The notes under the pieces: generated by a model | What the model saw: the letters and a program-made list of their open reading frames with translations, nothing else | Databases searched by the model: none | What the model was told of the DNA's origin: nothing | Shown: one piece after another, positions 9,489 to 20,568 of the stretch | Position numbering within the stretch: the first letter of the stretch is position 1 | How the letters are laid out: each line of letters opens with the position of its first letter | Program-made: the position numbers and the translations under genes | Origin: Candidatus Multivorans sp. | GTDB lineage: Bacteria > Acidobacteriota > Thermoanaerobaculia > Multivoradales > Multivoraceae | Direction: 5' to 3' | DNA: 64,000 nucleotides | NCBI GenBank assembly: GCA_965224025.1 | Contig: OZ245033.1 | Span: 4,320,001-4,384,000 of the forward strand

Positions 9489-11461
9489 ACCGAAGTTCTG
9501 AGCTTCAAGTCGTGAAATCGCCTGTAGTGGTGGGCGTTTTCAGTTGTTCGGCGGTGTCTTGTACTGAGTACGTCGGCTTCAGGGGCGGATGCCGAGTAGT
9601 TTGAAGGCTTCGTTCTGGAGTGGAGTGGGCCGTGCGAGGACGTCGGCTGTGGAGTCGGCGTCGCCGTGCATCCGCACCCGGTTTCGGGTCAGCGTGGCCA
9701 GGTCGGCGAGCAAGGTCTGGAAGCTGTGGACGGGGAGTCCGTCGGGGGTCCTCCGGGAGTTGGCCTTGGCCATCGCCTCGGGCGACCTGCGCGCGGGATC
9801 GACGGGCGACTCGCGTTGGTCGTCGCGGCGTTGGTCGTCGAAGAGGATGGGCGCCAGGGTCCGGCGCATGTGCCACTCGACGTAGTAGGCGAGCATGCAG
9901 AGGAAGACGTGGGCGCGCACCCTCGAGGCCAGGCGATGGTGGACGGGGCGCACCTTGAGGTCGACGCTCTTGAAGGAGCGGAAGGCGCGTTCGACGCGGC
10001 TGAGGCTCTTGTAGGCGCGGACCGCATCGGCTGCCGGCAGTTCGTTTTCGGGGACGTTGGTGCGGATGACGTAGAAGCCGTCGAGAGCGGCTTCCTCGGC
10101 GATGCGCGCCTCGTTGCGGCGGTATTGGAAGCCGTCCTCTTCGATCTCGACCTCGAAGTGCTTGCCGACCTTGTAGGCGCCCCGGGCGCGGTCCGCGCGC
10201 ACGGCGATGGCGTCCTTGCCGCGCAGGGGGTTCTTCTTGCGCCGCGTCGCCGCAACGACGGCGTCGAGCTTGCGCTCGGTGGATTCGAGAAGCTCCTGGC
10301 GCTTGCGGCCGCGTTCCTCCGCCAGAAGCGGGTTCCGGCACACCACGAGGCGCTCCTTCGGGTACAGCTCCGGAACCCTGATCTCGGCCATCTTCCGCTG
10401 GTCGAAGAGCGACAGTTGCAGGTGGCCTTCCTGGGCCAGCGTCCTGATCGCCGGCGCGCGCAGGGCGCTGATCCAGGACAGGCCCGCGGGGTCGAGGTCC
10501 TCGCGGATGCGCGCGTCGGTGATCAGGCCCCGGTCTGAGACCATCACGATCCTCTCCAGCGAGAAGCGGTCGCGGAGCTTCTGCACCTGGGCGTTCAGGG
10601 TCGTCGGATCGGCCGTGTTGCCCTCGAATACCTCGACCGCGACCGGGCATCCGTCCCGGCTGCAGAGCAGGCCGAAGACGATCTGGACCTTGCCTCTCTT
10701 CTTGTCCCTGGAGTAGCCGTGCCTGGCCAGCGTGCACTTCCTGCCCTCAAAGTAGACCGAGGTCACGTCGCAGAGCACCAGCGAGCCGTCTTCCAGATGC
10801 CGCCGGGCAAGAGTCCGCTCGATGCGCGGCTGTCTTTCGAGCAGCCAGTCCATGGCGCCGTAGAGTTCGTCGGCCGAGGCCTCCTGCACGCCGAGTTCCT
10901 CGCCGAGGGTGTGGCTCATGGTCTCGCTTGCGAGTCCGCGGGCGGTGGCGAGCTTGGATCGCGGCTCGAGGATGCGGGCCGCGATCATGGCCAGCGCCAG
11001 CGCCCGCTCGCGCGAGGGCCGTCGATCGAGGAGCCGTTCGAGGCCGAGGCTTCGGGCCGCGCCGAGGACGGCGGCGACGTGGCCGTGCGGTCTGGCGCGC
11101 AGGATCTCGAAGGCGGCCTCGAGCGAAGGCAGGGCGACTCCTCCCTTGAGCAGGGTTCTGAGTCCTTCGACGAGTTGATCGGGCCACTTGGAGAGGTTGG
11201 CGAGAGTGCGTTTCTTGACCTTTCCGTCCTGTCGGTGGGACTCTCTCAGCAGGACGGCTGGTGGTGAGTTTCGGTTGGGTACCCGTTCGATGTACATGGC
11301 TTCTCATTGTAGACGAAACCATTCATAATGTCTACATGTCACGAGATTATTACATGGCTACCAATGGCGGAAAACAGGGGCGGCCCAACACCCGAAAACC
11401 CAAGCACTGCAACGCCTCTCGACGACGAGGAGGCCCCAGGAGCCTCAGAACTTCGGCCTAG
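9485..11461 (-). mobile_element. IS1634-family insertion sequence
   Basis: Terminal inverted repeats CTAGACCGAAGTTCTGAG (9485-9502) and CTCAGAACTTCGGCCTAG (11444-11461), one mismatch; CTAG at both ends. Confidence 0.9.
9579..11297 (-). CDS. IS1634-family DDE transposase
   Basis: N-terminus MYIERVPNRNSPPAVLLRES...KRTLANLS; DVTSVYFEG, GYSRD, DRG, YKSLSRVERAFR, RVRAHVFLCMLAY. Confidence 0.93.
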   Translation of the reverse strand: MYIERVPNRNSPPAVLLRESHRQDGKVKKRTLANLSKWPDQLVEGLRTLLKGGVALPSLEAAFEILRARPHGHVAAVLGAARSLGLERLLDRRPSRERALALAMIAARILEPRSKLATARGLASETMSHTLGEELGVQEASADELYGAMDWLLERQPRIERTLARRHLEDGSLVLCDVTSVYFEGRKCTLARHGYSRDKKRGKVQIVFGLLCSRDGCPVAVEVFEGNTADPTTLNAQVQKLRDRFSLERIVMVSDRGLITDARIREDLDPAGLSWISALRAPAIRTLAQEGHLQLSLFDQRKMAEIRVPELYPKERLVVCRNPLLAEERGRKRQELLESTERKLDAVVAATRRKKNPLRGKDAIAVRADRARGAYKVGKHFEVEIEEDGFQYRRNEARIAEEAALDGFYVIRTNVPENELPAADAVRAYKSLSRVERAFRSFKSVDLKVRPVHHRLASRVRAHVFLCMLAYYVEWHMRRTLAPILFDDQRRDDQRESPVDPARRSPEAMAKANSRRTPDGLPVHSFQTLLADLATLTRNRVRMHGDADSTADVLARPTPLQNEAFKLLGIRP

Positions 11462-11470
11462 ACTCCCGGA

Positions 11471-14400
11471 ATGACCTGAACAGCTCGTTGGTTGCACTCG
11501 GACATGCCCCGGCTGCTGCTGTGTCTCGGCTTCGCCGGGCTTGCCGCCGGTGCCCTTCAGGCCCAACCCGCCGTTGACCAGTCCACCACCATCTCCGGTA
11601 CCGTGGTCCACGAGCGCGGCGCTCCCCTCGCCGATGTCGAGGTCGTGCTCCGCCCCTACCCGGGCGACTACGAAGTCGGCCTTCAGCTCCTGGGCGTGCC
11701 CGATGCGATGCCCGAGGTCGTCGATCGGACGCGTTCCGGCGCGGATTACTCGGTGTCCACGAGTCTGCCAGGACCCTACCGGCTGGAGCTCCAGCACTCA
11801 GCATCCGCCGACCAGCCCGTTCCGGCTCAGCCAGTGGTCATCGGCAACCTGGTTCCTCTCCAGGGGGCCGGACTCGCCGAGACGATCGAGGTGCCGAACC
11901 GGCATCTCGTCACGGTCCGGGTGCTGGGCGGCGACGGTGGGCCCGTAGAGGGTGCGCTCGTGATCGCTCACCCCGCTCTCTGGATGTCGCCGCGCTACCT
12001 GAGTTCAATGACGCAGATGCTCCGCGATGCGCGGGCAGGGAACTACTCGCGCCCACAGGAACAGCGAGTGTTCCCCACCTACCATCCCGCTGCTTCTCGA
12101 ACGGACTCCGAGGGCATCGCCCGCTTCCTGATGCCCACGGAGGAGGCCAACGTCCTCGTCTCGGCGCCGGGATTCAAGCAGAGCGAAGCCGGTACGGCCT
12201 CCGGCCGCGCCGCGTTCCGCCTGGAGCGCGGCCCCGGAATCCGGTTCCGGGTTCGCGGCTCAAACGGCGCACCGGCGGCGGGCGTGCTGATCCGCACCTC
12301 CGAGCCCCCTCCCCCCGCCGACGCTCCCACCGCGCTCACTAGCCTCAGCACCCCCGGCGCTCTCGGAATTCCCGGTACGCCCCTGGCGGTCACCGACCGG
12401 AACGGCGAGGCGGTCGTCAGCGGAGTTGCCGCTTCGCAAACGACCTGGGAGTTACTCGGGGCCGACCGCGCCTTCGCCGAAGTGTCGGTGCCCGCGCCGG
12501 AGCCAGGAGCCGTGTCCGCAAGCGAGCAGATCGTCGACGTACGGCTCGAGGCCCCACGCCGGATTCCGGGCCGAGTGGTGGACACTGCATCGGGCCTGCC
12601 GCTCGACGGAGCCGCGATCTAGGTTCAGGCCTCGCCCGGTGACAACGTGTACAGCGGACCGACCGGCGCCTTCGACCTCAACGCCCGTGCAGCCTCGACA
12701 GGAACACGCCTGCTGGTGACGGCCGCCGGCTATCTCTACGAAAGGACCGATGTCGCCGCCTCCGATGCCATGAGTACCGCCGAAGTGAAGATCGGGCTGA
12801 CACCCGCAGCCCCGATCGCGGGTGTGGTCACCGACGGCTCCGGTCAACCTGTCGCCGGCGCGAAGATCTGGGCCGAACCACGCGGCAGGGGGGCGCCCGC
12901 TTTTCTTCCTCCCAGGCGGGGCCTGCATATGCCGCGCCCGACGGCTCCTTCGTAGTCGAAGGAGCCGTCTACCGACAACTCTACCGGCTGACGGCTGAGT
13001 CCCCGGGGTACGCAAGAGCCCTGCTCGACGTGCCGCCCGTGGAGCCCGGTCGCATAGTGGAGCCCGTTCATCTCGCGCTGAGCCGGGGCCGCCGCGTCGT
13101 CGGGACGGTCGTCGACATCGAAGGGCGCCCCGTCACCGGTGCTCAGGTCGAACTGCTCTGGCTGCTGGATCCGTACGAATTCCGGTCACTGAGGGACAGC
13201 CCCGCCACGGCCGCTACGACGAACGACCAGGGCGCCTTCGTACTCCCCGCCACTGCCCCGGGCGAGTACGAAGTCGACGTCAGCCACTCCGCCTATGCCC
13301 AGCGACCAACAACGCGGGTCGCCGTCCCGGCCGGTGAATCCGACTTCGAGATCGGCGACCTGACCCTGGTCGCCGGTTCCACGATCCACGGCATCGTCAC
13401 CGGCCCCGATGGAAGACCGGTAGCCGGCGCTGCGATTCAATCCATAGGGGAGTACCGCACTGGCGGGGCTCCGATCAGGACGGCCACTGCCGATGTCGAC
13501 GGTCGTTTCCGAATCGAAGGCCTCTCCTCCGACCTCGTGGACCTCGGCGTACGGGCATCGGGCTACCCGGTGCTCACCCGTGCGGACGTACGCCCGAACA
13601 ACGACGAGCCGGTCCTGTTCGAACTCAAGCCCGGAGCTTCCGTCGCCGGCCGGGTGCTCGACAGCGGCGGTAACGGAGTCGCCGGCATCCCCGTATCCCT
13701 CAGTATCGAACGTGACTACCTGGGCAGCGAGGATTGGCGACTGTGGAACGGCGAGGACACGGATCCGCAGCGCATGACGGGCGCCGAGGGCCGGTTCCGT
13801 TTCGAGGGCCTCATGGCCGGCACGTGGTCGGCAGCGGCGAAGAAGGGGACGGAGGGTGCGAAGCTCGACCAGATCGCGCTGGCTCCGGGTGCTGAGCGAG
13901 AGATCGAACTTCTGCTGCAGACGAGGGACCGATTGACCGTGATCGTCACGATGGGTGCGGGAGAGCCGGTCGCCCAGGCGCGAATCAGGGTCCAGTCCCC
14001 CGGCGAGCTTCTGCCAGGAGGCTACGGCCGGACGGACGGCAGCGGGCGGGTGGAGATGGACATCGACCCGGGTCCGGCCACGGTCAAGATCACCCACCGG
14101 AAGCTCCGGGACGCGTCGCGGGAGGTCCAACTCGAGCCGGGCGACAACGAGCTCAGGTTCGAGCTGCAGCCCGGCCTGGAGATCAGCGGGACGGTGCGCT
14201 CATACGACGGCACCGCTCTGGCTCTGGCTACCGTGGAGGCCAGGACCGAGTACTCCCGCGGTGCCGAGGGGCACGAGACGAACACCGCCTCCGACCAGAA
14301 CGGCGCCTTCCGCGTCACCGGGCTCGAGTCACGCCGCTACATCCTCACGGTACGCGCATCCGGCCACGCGGACGGCGGCCCCGAGGAACCGATCGAGATC

Positions 14401-15251
14401 GGCGACGCCGCTATTCAAGGCATCGAGATCGTCCTGGAACCGGAGGCCACGATCGCCGGCGTTGTGACCGGGCTGTCGCGGTCCGATCTGAACCAGGTGG
14501 AGGTGTACGCCCGGAAGGGGCCCCGTTCCCGCGACGCCACGACGGACACCGAGGGGAACTTCTCCGTGCAGGGAATCGGCCCGGGGGCATGGGACGTCAC
14601 AGCAATCAAGGGGGCGTGGGAGCGTACGGTCGAACGGACCGTGTCCATCGAGCGAGGTACGACCGAGGTCTTCGTCGAGCTGCCTTTCGAGCGCGGCCTT
14701 CGCTTGTCCGGGCGGGTGGTTGAAGACGGTGCGCCTCTTGGCGGCGCGAGAATGTTCGTTGGCGATCAGGAGACGCGGACCGACCAGGAAGGCCGCTTCG
14801 CCCTCGAAGGACTCGACCCCGGCCCGAATGAAGTGATCGTCAGCCGAGCGGACTGGAGTGGCACGCAGTACCAGTCGATCGATCTGCAGACCGACCTGGA
14901 AGGCGTCCGCATCGAACTGGAGCCGGCCGCGGCCACCGTCGCCGGCGTCGTCGTCGACGCCGCCACCGGCCAGCCGCTCGACCGGGCCCATCTGACGGCC
15001 GCCGACGCCGCGACGATGGCCATCATCGCGGCTGGCGGGGACGGTGACGGCCCACTCGTCGGCGTCAGTCCGCTTTCGCTCTAGGCGCGGGCAGGTTCAA
15101 GCTCGAGCTACGCGAGAACGCCGACCGCGTGCGAGTGACTAGCAACGGGTACGAGAGTACAGTGCTTCCTCTAAGCATCGCGCCGGGCGAGCACGTCGAA
15201 GGGCTGGTGATCCCACTGCAACCGACCGCGGACGAGTCACCGGACCAATAG
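11471..15251 (+). pseudogene. Carboxypeptidase-regulatory-like repeat protein, copy B (disrupted)
   Basis: Closest paralog of A. TGA at codon 3 after ATG 11471 (alternative start ATG 11504). TAG at 12620-12622 where A has Trp (AAIW). Frameshifts near 12910 and 15075; the C-terminus PLSIAPGEHVEGLVI ends at TAG 15251. Confidence 0.85.
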
Positions 15252-15282
15252 CAACCCGCGCGAGCACCCCCCGCGCCGTTCC

Positions 15283-18200
15283 ATGTACCGCTTCAAGCAC
15301 GGACCTCGACTCACAACGTTGCGCTTCCAAGCGGCTCTCGGGCTCATCCTGTTCGCTGCGGCCGGCCTCCTCGCGCAGCCAGTAGCCGACCCGACGCTCA
15401 CCGTCACCGGCACCCTCGTCGACGAGCGCGGTGCTCCCGCCGCCGACGTCGAGGTCCTCCTGCGGCCCTATCCGAGCGCCTACGAGCTCGATCTCGATCT
15501 TCTGGGCGAAGCGGATGCCCTGCCGGAGCCGGAAGACCGGGGCTCTGACCAGACCGGACGGGACGTTCTCTCTGTCGGCGCCCGCGATTGGCCCGTATCG
15601 CCTGGAGATCCGGCCGAGCCCGCCGACGGACAAAGCCCCCGTCACCGTCCCGCTCGTCTATCGCGACATCCTGCCGCTCAGGGTGCCGCTGCACCTGGAA
15701 CCAATCGAGCTGCCGGACCGGCGTCCACTGACTGTGAGGGCGCTGGACCCGAGCGGCCAGCCGATCGCGGGCGCCTTCGTGGTCGTCGAGGCCATACCGG
15801 AACAACCGGCAGATCAGCCCTACCGAGAAGCGCATGAGCAACCGGAACGGCTCCACCCGGAGTTCGACCGCGTGTCCACGCGCACGGACGCCGGAGGTTT
15901 GGCGCAGTTTCTCATGCCTGCCCGCAACGCCCGGGTGGCCGTTTCGGCGGCAGGTCTTGGCCACAGCACCGGCTCGGTGAGCGGTGGTCGGGCCGTCTTC
16001 CGGCTCGATCCCGCGCCGTCGGTCGCGCTGCGCGTCCGCGGACCGGACGGACGACCCGCGGGCCGCGCGCTAGTCCGCACGCCGAGCGAACCGACGGTTC
16101 CCCTGGCCCTGACCGATGACCTCGGTGAAGCTACGGTCGGTGCGCCCGCCGACGGACGGCAGGCCTTTGAAGTGGAAACGGACGGCGGCGCATTCGCCCG
16201 GGCACTGGTGCGCAATCGTCCATCCCTCGACGACGCGTCCGAGCCAGCGATCGTCGAAGTCCGACTCCTGGCCCCTGCGGCGATTCCCGGCCGTATCGCG
16301 GACGCCGAAACGGGGTTCGCCGTCCCGAACGCCGTGGTGTGGGTCCGCTCCGATCCGGGGCGCCGCACCGTCGCAGATGGCTCCGGCGGCTTCGACCTGG
16401 CGGCGACTCCGCGGCGAGACCGCGCCGAGGTCGGCGTGGTCGCAAGCGGCTACGCCTCCGCGAGCGCGAGGGTCACAACAGAACAGCTTGCGGGGGCGAA
16501 GGAGGTTTCGATCGGGCTCACTGCGGCGGCGCCCCTCACCGGCGGGATCGTGGACGCATTCGAGCACCCGATAGCCGGGGCGAATGTCCGACTCGAACCC
16601 AGCGGCAGGGGATGGTTCTTCCAGCAGGAGACCGGCCGGTCGGGGCGAGCGACATCAGGGCCTGATGGTTCGTTCTGGATCGACAACGCGCTTTACGGAA
16701 GCACCTACCTACTTACCGTTGAAGCTCCGGCCTTCGCCTCCGCCCAGCCTGACCTGCCGGCCTTCACACGCGACGCCCCGGTCGACGCGCTTCGGATCGT
16801 CCTGACCCGGGGGCGGCAGCCCTGGGGAACGGTCGTCGACCTGGACGGCGCGCCGGTGGCCGGAGCGCAGGTCCGGCTGCTCTGGCCGCCCGACGATCCC
16901 GAGGTCCGGGAAGCCTACGAAGACAGCGACGCCGCCGAACCGGTGACCTCGAACGAGCGGGGAGAGTTCGAGTTCCCAAGTGTCGCCCCCGGCCAGTACG
17001 GACTCGATGTCGTGCATCCCGAGTACATCGACCTGCTGAACAACGCCGCCAACGTGACAAACGGGGAGGGTTACGTCGACCTTGGCGTCTTCACCCTCAC
17101 ACCCGGGCCGAAATCGAAGGAGTCGTGATCGGTCCGAACTGTCGTCCCGTCGAGGGAGCCGATGTCCGTACCAGGCAACGAACACAAGACCTGTCCGGTC
17201 AGGTCCGAACCGCGACCACCGACCAGGACGGACGGTTTCGGTTGGGCGGACTGCTGTCGGCACTGGCCGAGGTCACCGCGTCCGCCGACGGCTACGTCTC
17301 TTCGGTCGTCGAATCGGTCCGACCGGCGACCGGCGAGTCGCTCGTGATCGAGTTGGCGGAAGGAGCAGCGCTGGCCGGCCGGGTTCTGGAACCCGATGGG
17401 ACGCCCGCCGCCGATGTTCAGGTAGGGCTGAGACTGCCCACGGGCGAGCTCTCCCGAATTGCCAGGGGGCGCGGCCCACAAGAACTCTTCCGCCGCGGCC
17501 GGACCGACGACGACGGCCGCTTCCGTTTCAACAACGTGGTTCCCGCCCGCTGGACTGCAGAAGCCCGCGACGAGACCACCCGGGCAATCCTTGAGGGAAT
17601 AACGCTCTCGCAAGGGGAGCTGCGCCAAATCGATCTCCGGTTGGAGACTCCCGACCAACTGACCGTCTTCGTCACGAATCGACTCGGCGAACCCATCGCG
17701 AACGCCGATGTCCGAGCCAGTCCAACGGATCGCTCTCGACAGACGGCATTCGGCGATACCGACGCCGGCGGTCGCGCCACGCTCTGGGTTTCGACGGGAC
17801 CCGCGGAAGTCGAAATCGGCCATCCCCACATGCTCAACGTCTCACGCGAGGTCGTACTCGAACCCGGGGCAAACGAACTTCATGTGCAACTTGGCCCCGG
17901 TGGGGAATCAGCGGCGTCGTCCGGTCCGTGGACGGCGCTCCGATACGTGGGGTCACCGTCGAGGCGAGCGAGGAGCCACCCGATGTCGGCGGGGACAGCG
18001 AACGGGCGCTTAGGCTGCGAAGACTCAACAGGGTACTCAGCCCGCCGATCCGGACCGTTTCCGACTTCGGCGGCAACTTCCGCGTAACCGGTCTGGACCG
18101 CGGCCGCTATCACCTGGTCGCCCGGCTTTCTGGTTACACCGAAGCGGAATCACCGGGCGCAATCGAGATAGACGACCGGTCCATCGCCGGTATCGAACTG

Positions 18201-18725
18201 GTGCTCGAGCCAGGAGCCTCCATTCGGGGCTCCGTGACCGGCCTCGACAGCGTCGATCTGGCGTCGGCGGAGGTCCAGGCCTGGAGAGGCGTCTTGTTTC
18301 GCAACACCACGCCCGGAATCGACGGCAACTTCGAACTCAGCGCCGTTGCGCCCGGAACCTGGCAGGTCTCGGCCACAGTTGGTGATCGGCGGTCCCGCCC
18401 GCAGGAGATAGACCTTGAGTCGAGCAGACCGGGTGCCTCCGTCGAACTCCGGTTCGAGCCCGGACTCCGCTTGTCGGGCCAGGTACTGTTCGCCGGCGAA
18501 GCCGCAACCGGCGGCTTCGTCATCGCTCGGCTTCAGGGTCAGGAACGCACCCGCCGGACCCGAACCGATCACCAGGGCCGCTTCGAGATGGAAGGACTGG
18601 CATCCGGCATCTACGAACTGAGATTCCGGCACGACCTGGGCCGAGCAGACCAGTCGCTCGACCTCCAGAGCGACCACTACAACCTGCTCGTCAACCTGCA
18701 GCCGCGCGCCGATCGGCAGAACTGA
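15283..18725 (+). pseudogene. Carboxypeptidase-regulatory-like repeat protein, copy C (three frameshifts)
   Basis: Continuous homology across ORFs 15283-, 15431-17128, 17125-18087 and 17928-18725; single-base indels in short runs near 15540, 17107 and 17906. Confidence 0.85.
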
Positions 18726-18743
18726 CCCGGCGCGCCGCCTGGG

Positions 18744-20162
18744 TCACCTCCGCTCGAACGTATACAACCGCCGCCCGCTCTCCGACACCGTCTCCACGCG
18801 CCGAACCGCGGCATAGGGTTCCAGCGCCGCCTCCCACGCCTCCGGCGTGTAGTCGGCAAACCGGTCCCCGCGCAGCGTGAGCAGATCGTCGACCCGCGGG
18901 TCGCCCTGGGGAACGAACTCGACCAGTCCGCGCGGCGCCAGGGAAACAAGCCAGGCGGCAATCCGGGGCAGCGGCACGTTGCGGCCGATCGCCAGGTGGT
19001 GGATGACGGCCAGCGCCACCAGGGCATCCGCGCTCCGGGAGCGGCGCCCCAGCGAACGCCTCTCGACCTGCGACCAGCCCTGGTCGGGCGACGGATTGGC
19101 CAGGTCCTGGTACAGGGGCAGAAAGCGCAGCCGATCGGACCGCGCCCGCGCACAGGCGCTTTCCAGCGCGCCGAAGTCGGCATCGAAACCGATCACGTCG
19201 CGCACGCCGCCGTCCAGCGCGATCGCGGAGAACTCGCCCGTGTTGCAGCCGAGATCCCAGAGCTGCTCCGGCGGCGCCTCGGCGACGAAGGCGCGCACCG
19301 CCTCCGCCTTGCGCGAGGCTTCGCTCGTGTCGTAGCTGGTCAGTGTCGAGTAGTCGCTCCAGGTCGTGTCGGTGCCCTTGGGTTCGAGCTTCTGGATCCA
19401 GCGCCGAAGCTGTGTCAGGAGACCCCGGTAGGCGTTGCGCGGCAAGGGACGCCTCTTTGTTCGCTCCGCGGCCTCGCTCCGCGAGCCGGCGCGCCGTTCG
19501 AAGCGGAGGGGTAACAGCACGTGGGCCTGCATCCTCGGCGACCAGCGCATCCGAGCCGGCAGCAGGGCCGCCAGCTCCCGGGCCGGGATCCCTTCCTGCA
19601 TCCCGCGGTACCACGCGTTGTGCGGGGCGCCGAGCTTCGCTGCCAGAAGCAGGGGGTTGAGGAACTGCTCACAGAACTGGGAGTGCCCCTCCCAATACTC
19701 GCCCTCGCGGTAGCGCCGCATGGACAGCCAGTCGATGAACACCGGCTTGGCGCCCTTGAACTGCACGTTGTAGGCGCTCGCGTCGGAGAGCGAGATGCCC
19801 CTGTCGAGAAGCCGGATCTGCATTTCCAGATGGTGCAGGGCGGCCGCTTTCAACAGCGAAAAGGGCCACTCGTACGGATAGGAGATGAACGGCAGCCGGG
19901 GATGCTCCAGAACCAGGCCACCGGGTGGCGGCAGGACGCCGGCCTCGACCGGATCGACTTCCTCCGCCGCCACCAACGCGCCCTCGACGACGAGAGCGTC
20001 GACGAGACCACAACTCCGCACATGGCGGTAGTCCTCGACCGCCGCCGGGGCGACGCTCCGGAAAATCCGGCCGTCCCTGCCTTCGATCACCTGGCCCGCA
20101 GGGTCCCGAAAGGACGAAGGCTCAGCTTCGGACGCGGGGGTCTTCGCGGCCCCGGTTCGCAC
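18744..20162 (-). CDS. NoeA-like protein: N-terminal kinase-like region plus class I SAM methyltransferase
   Basis: SFRDPAG, PFISYPYEW, DASAYNVQF...PVFID; WDLGCNTGEFS, LALAVIHHLAI, VEFVP. Confidence 0.85.
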   Translation of the reverse strand: MRTGAAKTPASEAEPSSFRDPAGQVIEGRDGRIFRSVAPAAVEDYRHVRSCGLVDALVVEGALVAAEEVDPVEAGVLPPPGGLVLEHPRLPFISYPYEWPFSLLKAAALHHLEMQIRLLDRGISLSDASAYNVQFKGAKPVFIDWLSMRRYREGEYWEGHSQFCEQFLNPLLLAAKLGAPHNAWYRGMQEGIPARELAALLPARMRWSPRMQAHVLLPLRFERRAGSRSEAAERTKRRPLPRNAYRGLLTQLRRWIQKLEPKGTDTTWSDYSTLTSYDTSEASRKAEAVRAFVAEAPPEQLWDLGCNTGEFSAIALDGGVRDVIGFDADFGALESACARARSDRLRFLPLYQDLANPSPDQGWSQVERRSLGRRSRSADALVALAVIHHLAIGRNVPLPRIAAWLVSLAPRGLVEFVPQGDPRVDDLLTLRGDRFADYTPEAWEAALEPYAAVRRVETVSESGRRLYTFERR

Positions 20163-20377
20163 TACTCGGACTCTGGCTCGTCGCTGCTGCCGTAGCCGAA
20201 GAAAGCCAGAATGCGATGCCAGTAGAACTTGAAGGCGAGCGCCGCGGCCGCCACGCCGCCGATCACCGCCTGGAGGATCATGCTGCCCGAGGCGGGATCG
20301 AGGTAAGCGTGCGCCGTCCGCGGCACGATCAGTGCCACGATCAAAGCAACCAGGAGACCGGTTCGATTCAGCGCCAT
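20162..20377 (-). CDS. Small YLDPxxGS-motif membrane protein (71 aa)
   Basis: Signal peptide ending AHA, then YLDPASGS and a TM helix; AGGAG upstream; stop overlaps the NoeA-like GTG start. Confidence 0.85.
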   Translation of the reverse strand: MALNRTGLLVALIVALIVPRTAHAYLDPASGSMILQAVIGGVAAAALAFKFYWHRILAFFGYGSSDEPESE

Positions 20378-20568
20378 TCGTTCTCGCTCCTGGGGACGCT
20401 GCGCGTCACCCCCGTAGACAGTCCGTGAAGACGAACAGATCCGGGCCGTTTCGTCAAGCGAGCCGCACCGCTTCGGCCTGGCGCCGAAACACTGCGATGG
20501 CCCAACCCGTTAGGCTACGTCGCGGGTCGCCTCACCGACTGCCCGTTCTGGAACTCGGGTCGGATCGC

